64,000 nucleotides of DNA from Lutibacter sp. (GTDB lineage: Bacteria; Bacteroidota; Bacteroidia; Flavobacteriales; Flavobacteriaceae), in assembly GCA_036567345.1 (NCBI GenBank), contig DATCUQ010000020.1:48742-112741 (forward strand). The letters run 5' to 3'. A program made the position numbers and the translations under genes. Position 1 is the stretch's first letter, and every line of letters begins with the position of its first letter. The notes under the pieces were generated by a model. It had not been told where the DNA came from. It worked only from the letters and a program-made list of their open reading frames with translations, and did no database searches. This document shows positions 9,556 to 16,388 of the stretch, piece after piece.

Positions 9556-10215
9556 CTAACTTATTACAAATTTACCTAACGATTCTAAAAGTTGTGGTTT
9601 CTCTTCTAATGCAATCTTTGCAACTGCATAAAATTCACTCATCCAGTCGTCAATTTCTCTGAAGGCTTTGTCTTTTGACATTGTTGAATCTTGGCTTTCT
9701 CCTTTTTCCCTTAAATACTCGGTTCTGGCTGATGTTAATGCTGCTATTTCTGCAACTGCATTTGTTAAATCTGCCGATGTAACCTTTAATCTTAATAATT
9801 TAGTTTCAATTTCGGTGTTTCCAATTGCAACGCTGTAAAATTTCTTTACAACTTCCAACCATTTAATATATGATGTTGGTAAACCTCCGGTTAGTGCCAA
9901 TTTATTCAGAATATTAGGGTCGTTTCTAAAGATGACTTTTGCTTTTTTTCTGTGAAGTGTGTACGTTTTTGCTAAATTTTCTTTTGCAACTGTGAAATTG
10001 ATGTAAGTTTCTGAAGTTTCGTCATCTTCTTTTTTATTGAAGTCGTAAGCATCTCGTGTTTTTGTGTACAATGCTTTCCCTGCGGTAATTAATGCTTCAT
10101 CAAAACCAAATTCTGCCATTATTGCGGCAATTTCTGATTGATTTCCAACGTTTTCAAATGATACTCTGTACTGTTCCAAGGTCTCTGCCTCGGAAAGATG
10201 TTTTTTTCCTGCCAT
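9556..10215 (-). CDS. hypothetical protein (219 aa, soluble, no motif recognised)
   Basis: Clean ORF with an ATG start and AT-biased third codon positions. No TM segment or known motif seen. Confidence 0.7.
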   Translation of the reverse strand: MAGKKHLSEAETLEQYRVSFENVGNQSEIAAIMAEFGFDEALITAGKALYTKTRDAYDFNKKEDDETSETYINFTVAKENLAKTYTLHRKKAKVIFRNDPNILNKLALTGGLPTSYIKWLEVVKKFYSVAIGNTEIETKLLRLKVTSADLTNAVAEIAALTSARTEYLREKGESQDSTMSKDKAFREIDDWMSEFYAVAKIALEEKPQLLESLGKFVIS

Positions 10216-10241
10216 AATACAATTTTTATTTATTAATAATT

Positions 10242-10249
10242 CAAATTTA
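10242..10249 (-). promoter_or_regulatory. Bacteroidetes -7 box (TAAATTTG) upstream of the 219-aa gene
   Basis: The reverse complement of caaattta matches the consensus. It lies ~27 nt upstream of the ATG at 10215. Confidence 0.4.
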
Positions 10250-10291
10250 AACGCGCTATCCCTATGGATTTCCGCTTATTTCTTTGTTTGG

Positions 10292-10627
10292 TTATGCTCC
10301 TTACGGGTCTTTTTCAATGCCTTAAGGTTGTTTGTGCATTCCTCAACGTTGTTTTTCTGTTTCTGCGAGCTCTTGTTGTGTTGCTCCACGTTCTTTTTCA
10401 ATTCCTGCGAACTCTTGTTGTGCTCCTCCGTGTTCTCGTTGCATTCCTCCACGTTCTTGTTGTGCTCCTCCGTGTTGTTTTCCTATTCCTCCACGTTCTT
10501 GGTGCATTCCCGCACGACCTTGTTGCGTTCCCGCACGTTCTTGTTGTGCTCCTCCGTGTTGTTTTCCTATTCCTCCACGTTCTTGGTGCGTTCCTTGGTG
10601 TTCTTTTTCAATTTTTTGGGTTGTAGC
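10292..10627. repeat. Degenerate 21-bp tandem array, ~16 units, with an 84-bp higher-order duplication
   Basis: Units phase exactly every 21 nt from 10292 (plus-strand consensus TTGTGCTCCTCCACGTTCTTG). A 56-nt exact repeat occurs at 10450-10505 and 10534-10589. Four reading frames are open across it. Confidence 0.92.
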
Positions 10628-10642
10628 AATGCGAATATACAA
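10343..10642 (-). CDS. candidate Gly/Gln/Glu/Arg-rich heptad-repeat small protein encoded by the 21-bp array
   Basis: Among the open frames I checked in detail, this one has strongly A/T-biased third codon positions (CAA GAA CGT GGA GGA GCA CAA). Peptide repeat (Q/E)(E/R)(R/H)GG(A/I/M)(Q/G). TTG start 8 nt after the stop of the RM gene. No ATG at the 5' end. Confidence 0.4.
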   Translation of the reverse strand: MYIRIATTQKIEKEHQGTHQERGGIGKQHGGAQQERAGTQQGRAGMHQERGGIGKQHGGAQQERGGMQREHGGAQQEFAGIEKERGATQQELAETEKQR

Positions 10643-10650
10643 ATTTGAGG

Positions 10651-13600
10651 TTATTCCATGTCTATTTTATCAATTTCTTTCATGAGCCTGTTGGTTTCTG
10701 ACAGGGCAACAATAATTTTTTGATAATGTAAAATATCCTCAAAGTTTAAAGTTCTTCCTTTTCGGTCTTTCAGCCATTTTTGGGCAGGTTGATAACCTCC
10801 AATATAAAATTCCCAAGCAGCCAATGGCACATTTGAAAAATATTGAAGTTCTCCGTTTTCCGAATGGGTTGTTTTGTCGTAATTGATATAAACTTTGCCG
10901 ACCACCCCGCCCTGCGGGCATCCCTCCAATGGAGGGGAATTTACAAAGTGTGGTTTTCCCACCACATTATCGCCATTTATTGGATATTGGGTGATGTAAT
11001 CTTCCACAATTGGACTTTCCAATAAATGTATTTGACGAATTTCTCCGCCCAGTTTTACCAATTTCCAAAAAGTATTTGTGTCTTTTGGATAGGGTACACG
11101 CGGAAAATCTATTTTTAGAAATTCTTTGTATTTCTCTCTGTATGTTGGCGAATGTAAAACGGCATAGATATAATCTAAAATATCAATAGGAGCAAAGACC
11201 TCCCCTTGCCCCTCCGAAGGAGGGGAAACAGTATCTTCATAAATAAGGATTTTGTTTTTGCTGTCGAGCTTTTCCTTTACTTTTAGCATCACCAGTTCTG
11301 GATTTTTAAAAACTTCTTCATTTGTAAAACGAATCACTTCATAACCAAGATTATTTAATTTTTCGGTTCTTAACGCATCTTGTTCCTTTTGTTGTAAATG
11401 AATTTTTCCATCAATTTCAATGACTACGTTGCTGCTTAAACAAACAAAATCTGTAATAAAATTATCAATAATATGTTGCCTCCTTATTTTATGACCTGTT
11501 TTTTTATTTCTAAAATATTCCCATATTACTTTTTCAGCCTTCGTAGGTTCATCTTTTAAAATATCCCGCATCTCTTTTATTACCGGATAATTTTTAGGAT
11601 TTGCCGTAATGTACCCAGGCTGCGAAAGTCCCTCCTTTGGAGGGGTTGGAGAGGTCTTCTCGTTTGTAAATGTTAAGCCTAATTTATCAGCTATTTGCTT
11701 TACAATTTCAGCATTTAGGTTTGGTGTTCTTTCTAAATGCATGGGGGCAGATTGCAATGGAGCATGCTCCATTGTTTTTATGGTTTGTTGGTTGGTGGTT
11801 TCGGGATAGAGGTAAAGCTGAAAATGATAAGAACCTGTTGAACTTTCTGCTGTTTTCATTTCTGATAATGTATTAGAAATGAAAAAGTGATTAATTTCTC
11901 TGTTTTTAGTTTGTCTGCCTAAGATTAAGGAGTAATTTTTAAAGAATGAATGTTTTATTTGTGTGTGTCTATGTCGAACAACTAAATCTGTATCATAATA
12001 AATAAATCTGCTGTCAAATGGACGATAAATTATTGTTTTAAATTTTGATGGTGTAAATGAATAATTTGAATTTTCTGATGTTAGCAGATAGTTTTCTATT
12101 TGGCTTTTTAATTCGTTTGTATTAAAACCTATTACAATAGCATCGCGGTGAGTTTTAATTCCAGCTGCTTTAACCTGAAATAAATCATCAATTGAAAAAC
12201 CTTTTTTATAAGAGGATTCTCCCTCATAGCTCTTGTTGATGAAAAAGTAATTAGGCCCATTATTCTCAAGAGAATTCCACTTTAAAGTTCGTAAGTTATT
12301 ATCATTTAGAAAATCATACTTCATTTCTCGTTTTCCATATAAATCATAATGAAACACCTTTCCTAATTCATTGTTCTTCTTTTCTCCTGTTTTTATAAAA
12401 AGATTTATCGAAACACCTTGTTGAATATCAAACACATTTTGGTCAGCCGAGCCATCAGGACAAATTTCCTTTTTCTTTGTATTTCCGTGTAAATCCAAAA
12501 TGTAAATTTTATCAAAACACCCTAATAAATTTTTACGCATTTGGCGAAAAACAATGCCATCAATAAAGCTATTATTGGAAATATAGGCTAAAACACCACT
12601 TCCGTTTTTTTCAATATAGTGCTGACCATATCTTATAAATTTAACATAATCATCAGAAAGAGAATTGTAACTTTTTTCTTTCAAATCCTTTTTATAATCA
12701 GTGGTTAATTTTTCAATCCAAGGTGATTTATTAGAACTACTTACTGAATACGGCGGATTTCCAATAACACACATTACGGGCGTATCGCGTTTTATATGGT
12801 TTGCTTCGTTGGCTTCGGTACTTAACCAATTGGCAAATAATGTACCGGTATCTGGGTGAAATTCTTCTAAACTGTTGGTTAAATAAATGCGTGTTCGTTG
12901 ACCACCCCGTCCTGCGGACACCCCTCCGGTTGGAGGGGAATTTTTGTAACCGGTTTGTTTTAACAATAAATCGATTTGTAAATGTGCCATGGCGTAACTT
13001 GCCATCAACAACTCAAAACCATTTAAACGAGGGAGCAAATCATTTTCAACATAACTGCTCCAAATGCCTTCTTGTCCTTTAAACTTTTTGTGTACGTGTT
13101 TAATTACTTCGGCCAAAAACGTTCCCGTGCCCGTTGCAGGATCTAAAATTTGTACTTTGTGTACCTCTTGTTCGCCAAGGGGTTTAAACCCCTTGTTGGT
13201 TTGTACATTTACTTTTATTTTGGTTTTGGAAGTGTCTGCCAAACCTTGCGGTAAATCAAACTCGGTTTTTAAAATATCATCTACGGCACGCACAATAAAA
13301 TTAACCACTGGCGCAGGCGTGTACCAAACACCGCGAGCTTTTCTTAATTTAGGGTCGTACTCACTTAAAAAGGTTTCGTAAAAATGGATGATTGGGTCTT
13401 CCATTTTTGTGGACTTACCGTAGTTTTTTAAGATTTCTTCAACGTTGCACGCCAAAAATATTTCGGTTAAGTTATCTACAATCCATTTAATGCGGTCATC
13501 AATATCGGGACCTGCGATATAACCGAACAGTTTTCTTAAAAACGGATTGGATTTTGGAATAAGTTCGGCGGCTTCCTGACGGCTAAAAGTTTTTAAAGTT

Positions 13601-14292
13601 GGGTCGTGCAAACGCGCTGCAAACATACCGTAAGCGATGGTTTGTGCATAAACATCGGCAAATCCTTTGGGCGTAATATCGTGTATTAAAATTTCCTTAA
13701 AAGCAATCATTTGCTCTTTAAGTGTGCTATTTTCCTGGTTAATTTGGTCGCTGGTCAACGCTTTCCCAATAACATCAGAAAGAAGTCGGGCTTTGCCCGC
13801 CATCATTTCTGCTAATTTTTTGGAACTTTTAATGGTTTGGCTAATATGCGTGCAAAAATCTTTGATTAAGTTTTCAAACGCCACAAAATTCTCGGGAATA
13901 GGTTTAATTCCTTTTTCGGTGATTTCAGCAATTGCAATTTTGGTGACGAACTCGCCATCGTGGTATAAATGAAAATCTAAATAGTCGGTGAAAATCAGAT
14001 TATTCAATGATGCTTTGTATCTGTCGAATTGTTCTTTGTTTCCGGTTTTCTTTTTTCCTTCTAAATCTTTGTCGCCAATATCTTTCGCCTCAATAAATCC
14101 AACGGGAATGTCTTTTTTTGTCAGGATGTAATCGGGAGCGCCGCAAGATTGTCGTTTTGGTTCGTTGGTTGCTCTAATTGTTGGCACTAAACTTTCAATA
14201 AGTTGTTCTAAACTTCCACGAAAAGTGTGTTCAGTTGCGTTTCCTAAAAGGTAGCGTTGGTTTATGTTTTCAAGATATTTTTCTATGGTCAT
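10651..14292 (-). CDS. single-chain type IIG / type-ISP-like restriction-modification enzyme (N-terminal PD-(D/E)xK nuclease + gamma-class N6-adenine methyltransferase + C-terminal specificity region), carrying four in-frame palindromic insertions and a DUF559 cassette
   Basis: GAPDYILTKKDIPVGFIEAKD (PD..ExK). ILDPATGTGTFL (SAM motif I). VIGNPPYS (motif IV). The C-terminal FYIGGYQPAQKWLKDRKGRTL is typical of the Type-ISP/IIG C-terminal domain. The ATG at 14292 (MTIEKYLENI) is preferred; the track ORF extends to a TTG at 14319. Confidence 0.85.
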   Translation of the reverse strand: MTIEKYLENINQRYLLGNATEHTFRGSLEQLIESLVPTIRATNEPKRQSCGAPDYILTKKDIPVGFIEAKDIGDKDLEGKKKTGNKEQFDRYKASLNNLIFTDYLDFHLYHDGEFVTKIAIAEITEKGIKPIPENFVAFENLIKDFCTHISQTIKSSKKLAEMMAGKARLLSDVIGKALTSDQINQENSTLKEQMIAFKEILIHDITPKGFADVYAQTIAYGMFAARLHDPTLKTFSRQEAAELIPKSNPFLRKLFGYIAGPDIDDRIKWIVDNLTEIFLACNVEEILKNYGKSTKMEDPIIHFYETFLSEYDPKLRKARGVWYTPAPVVNFIVRAVDDILKTEFDLPQGLADTSKTKIKVNVQTNKGFKPLGEQEVHKVQILDPATGTGTFLAEVIKHVHKKFKGQEGIWSSYVENDLLPRLNGFELLMASYAMAHLQIDLLLKQTGYKNSPPTGGVSAGRGGQRTRIYLTNSLEEFHPDTGTLFANWLSTEANEANHIKRDTPVMCVIGNPPYSVSSSNKSPWIEKLTTDYKKDLKEKSYNSLSDDYVKFIRYGQHYIEKNGSGVLAYISNNSFIDGIVFRQMRKNLLGCFDKIYILDLHGNTKKKEICPDGSADQNVFDIQQGVSINLFIKTGEKKNNELGKVFHYDLYGKREMKYDFLNDNNLRTLKWNSLENNGPNYFFINKSYEGESSYKKGFSIDDLFQVKAAGIKTHRDAIVIGFNTNELKSQIENYLLTSENSNYSFTPSKFKTIIYRPFDSRFIYYDTDLVVRHRHTQIKHSFFKNYSLILGRQTKNREINHFFISNTLSEMKTAESSTGSYHFQLYLYPETTNQQTIKTMEHAPLQSAPMHLERTPNLNAEIVKQIADKLGLTFTNEKTSPTPPKEGLSQPGYITANPKNYPVIKEMRDILKDEPTKAEKVIWEYFRNKKTGHKIRRQHIIDNFITDFVCLSSNVVIEIDGKIHLQQKEQDALRTEKLNNLGYEVIRFTNEEVFKNPELVMLKVKEKLDSKNKILIYEDTVSPPSEGQGEVFAPIDILDYIYAVLHSPTYREKYKEFLKIDFPRVPYPKDTNTFWKLVKLGGEIRQIHLLESPIVEDYITQYPINGDNVVGKPHFVNSPPLEGCPQGGVVGKVYINYDKTTHSENGELQYFSNVPLAAWEFYIGGYQPAQKWLKDRKGRTLNFEDILHYQKIIVALSETNRLMKEIDKIDME
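10900..10942 (-). repeat. GC-rich palindromic element copy A (in frame in the RM gene, peptide NSPPLEGCPQGGVV)
   Basis: GACCACCCCGCCCTGCGGGCATCCCTCCAATGGAGGGGAATTT. It matches 12900-12943 at 38 of 44 positions by eye. Confidence 0.8.
11195..11224. repeat. GC-rich palindromic element copy C, right inverted repeat of the DUF559 cassette (peptide VSPPSEGQGEV)
   Basis: AAGACCTCCCCTTGCCCCTCCGAAGGAGGG. This is an inverted copy of 11630-11658. Confidence 0.75.
11630..11658. repeat. GC-rich palindromic element copy D, left inverted repeat of the DUF559 cassette (peptide TSPTPPKEGLSQ)
   Basis: Its reverse complement AAGACCTCTCCAACCCCTCCAAAGGAGGG aligns to copy C at 25 of 29 positions plus a 1-nt gap (by eye). 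Confidence 0.75.
12900..12943 (-). repeat. GC-rich palindromic element copy B (in frame in the RM gene, peptide NSPPTGGVSAGRGGQ)
   Basis: GACCACCCCGTCCTGCGGACACCCCTCCGGTTGGAGGGGAATTT, in the same orientation as copy A. It lies between MTase motifs I and IV. Confidence 0.8.
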
Positions 14293-14511
14293 TTTTGTTT
14301 TCTCAATTTTTTTATTCAAAGCGTATGCTAAAATAGGGCTTTTGTTTTAAGCATGGGATAAAGAATTGGAAAAAAACAAATGTGCTATTTGTGCGGCTGG
14401 CTATTTGAGCAGGATTTTTTTTCGGCTTGCGTACAACGAGTTTTTAAAAGATTAAGCACTATGCATTAAGTTTAAATTGCGCAGTGTTTTTATAGGGCGA
14501 TTTATTAAACT

Positions 14512-14539
14512 AAAAAACCTCCCAATTGGGAGGTTTTAA
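14512..14539 (-). terminator. intrinsic terminator after the lipoprotein gene
   Basis: AACCTCCCAATTGGGAGGTT hairpin, followed by a T-run on the minus strand. Confidence 0.75.
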
Positions 14540-14562
14540 ATAATTTAAATGATTAAAGCTTG

Positions 14563-16377
14563 TTAATTTCTAACATAACTGCCTCCCGTAAGGATGTAAT
14601 TGATTGTGCTGTTATGTGATGAACCGTCATAAACATAGATGGTAACCGCAAATTTTTGACCTTCTGCCATTCCTGGGAAATTATGCATTAAAACTGCACC
14701 TATCGCTGCGTCAATTTGAGCAGGTGTCCAGTTAAAAGTGCTAATATTGCCATAACTGGATAAGTTGGCAACTGCACCAGCAAATGTGGCATCACCAGCA
14801 AATGTGGCAACGATATAATCGTAATCAGCTTTTACAAACTCATATTTGATTGTATTGTCAGGCACCCATGTTGTTCCGTCATGTCCAAATTGCAAAGTTG
14901 TGTCAATAGTTGATTTATAACTTACCCAAACACCATCGGTTACAGTATATAAATTACCACGTGTTTGTGATCCACTTGAACTAGAGAAATAATTATACAT
15001 TACATCTAATTGATCACCTTCTTGTGCGTATGGAAATTTTATACCTAAAAATGTTGGTAAGTAATTTTCTGGTGGCGTTGAACTTCCAAAAGATGTAAGA
15101 CCCATAGAAGCAAAATCTGCATCAGTTAAAGAATAAAAGTTTTCAGATGGTGACTTCCAAACTCCATCTGCATAGGTAAAGAATTTTTCTTTAGCAGTTT
15201 TATTTCCTATTACTTCAACAGGTAGTGTAGCATCACTCATAATAGATGACCAAGTGTTTGCAACACGAACACCATCTATTGTGGCTGTTGGACCACCACT
15301 AGCCTGACGGATTCCGATAGCTTCAACGGTTGTGCCAGCAATTCCAGTATCTGTTACTTCTGGTGTTACAGGTTCAGTAGCAGCAGCTGTTGTTAATACA
15401 TATAGATTAGACATACCAGTTGCTATATCATAAGAAGCTACCAAAAGATACGTAGTATTTAAATCAAATGATGTTGTGCCATAAGCTAAAGTACTTGAGC
15501 TAGTGGCAATACCAAATAAAATTTTTCCTGTGCCATTATCCTTTGCCCCAACCCTTGCTCTAAATTGAGCGTAAGGCAGCGTATTAGCAGCTTCCATTAA
15601 GTGGAAAAAATAAGTTCCGGTTCCAACAGTACTTAAATTTACTAAAGCACTGAAATATACTTTTCCAGCAGTTTTAGCAGCGAATGTTTTATTAACATCT
15701 TCAGCTCCAGCACCAGAAATTGTTGCAGAACCTCCTACTGCTGTGCTAGGGTAAGATGTCATTGCCAAACTTGTTGGAGCATAACCTACAAATTTAGATC
15801 CTGCACCAGAATGTGCTGTCCAATCTGTAGTGATTTCAGTTAAATTCCCTGCTGTTGAACCAAAATCAAAATTTTCCTTTAAAGAAACTGTAGGTGTAAC
15901 ATTATATGCACTTCCAGTAAATTGGAAATATTTTGCCAAGGTATAATCTCCTTCCTTAGGACTACTAACATTAGTAGTAACAATATCGGTTAAATAATCT
16001 TCAGGAGTTGCATCAAATTGAAAACCTAATAAATCACTTCCGCTTAAAGCATAATCTTCTTGTTTTAAATTATAAGTTGTAAGTTTAAAAGCATTGCCAA
16101 CATATAGTTTAAAGCCTGCTGTAATTGAAGAACCTTTCCCCCAAACTGGATATTTATCAGCAAAGAAATCAGGTAGTTTAGATTTTGCGTCATCGAGATT
16201 GCTGAAACTTCCATAAGTTAATTCTAAATCACTATAGTCCTCATCAGTAAGTACGTATGTTGCATCACCAACTATTTGGTTTTCTTGCGCATCAATATCG
16301 TCATAGATATCATCCATTGGGTTACAAGCTGAAAATAGCAAGCCCAATCCCATTATTAAATAAATTAATTTTTTCAT
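14563..16377 (-). CDS. surface lipoprotein partnered with the TonB-dependent receptor (function unknown)
   Basis: Lipobox LLFSAC. 604 aa, rich in beta-strand-favouring residues. 11-nt spacing to the upstream TBDR gene. Confidence 0.7.
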   Translation of the reverse strand: MKKLIYLIMGLGLLFSACNPMDDIYDDIDAQENQIVGDATYVLTDEDYSDLELTYGSFSNLDDAKSKLPDFFADKYPVWGKGSSITAGFKLYVGNAFKLTTYNLKQEDYALSGSDLLGFQFDATPEDYLTDIVTTNVSSPKEGDYTLAKYFQFTGSAYNVTPTVSLKENFDFGSTAGNLTEITTDWTAHSGAGSKFVGYAPTSLAMTSYPSTAVGGSATISGAGAEDVNKTFAAKTAGKVYFSALVNLSTVGTGTYFFHLMEAANTLPYAQFRARVGAKDNGTGKILFGIATSSSTLAYGTTSFDLNTTYLLVASYDIATGMSNLYVLTTAAATEPVTPEVTDTGIAGTTVEAIGIRQASGGPTATIDGVRVANTWSSIMSDATLPVEVIGNKTAKEKFFTYADGVWKSPSENFYSLTDADFASMGLTSFGSSTPPENYLPTFLGIKFPYAQEGDQLDVMYNYFSSSSGSQTRGNLYTVTDGVWVSYKSTIDTTLQFGHDGTTWVPDNTIKYEFVKADYDYIVATFAGDATFAGAVANLSSYGNISTFNWTPAQIDAAIGAVLMHNFPGMAEGQKFAVTIYVYDGSSHNSTINYILTGGSYVRN

Positions 16378-16388
16378 TTTATATATTT

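Larger units (their letters stand above)
11195..11658 (-). mobile_element. candidate inverted-repeat-bounded DUF559 (Vsr-like endonuclease) cassette inserted in frame
   Basis: A full DUF559 signature (KAEKVIWEYFRNKK..KIRRQHIIDNFITDFVC..VVIEIDGKIH...LGYEVIRFTNEEV) lies at ~11262-11560, bounded by imperfect ~30-bp inverted repeats. Mobility is inferred, not shown. Confidence 0.45.

Noticed and set aside
10292-10627. Possible CRISPR array
   Set aside because: The units are contiguous 21-mers with no spacers. There is no repeat-spacer periodicity of 60-70 bp, and no cas genes in the window.
10276-10650. The minus-strand frame in phase with the RM ORF gives an attractive K/N/E heptad peptide (KNVEEHNKNVEECNENTEEHN...), which suggested a read-through C-terminal extension of the RM enzyme
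   Set aside because: It is separated from the RM ORF by the TAA stop and interrupted by two in-frame TAG codons (10483-10485 and 10567-10569). Its third codon positions are G/C-rich (AAG AAC GTG GAG), which is atypical for this genome. The phase match has a one-in-three chance of occurring by accident.
10264-10685. Three overlapping plus-strand ORFs (106-120 aa, Leu/Val/Phe/Cys-rich) across the 21-bp array
   Set aside because: They are open only because the repeat unit lacks stop codons in those frames. Their third codon positions are not A/T-biased, unlike genuine genes here. The peptides are low-complexity hydrophobic strings. They are frame shadows of the repeat.
11195-11658. Intein explanation for the in-frame DUF559 insertion
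   Set aside because: There is no N-terminal Cys/Ser/Thr splice junction, no C-terminal His-Asn followed by Cys/Ser/Thr, and no Hint-domain blocks. The boundaries are nucleotide-level inverted repeats, which points to a DNA element rather than a protein-splicing element.
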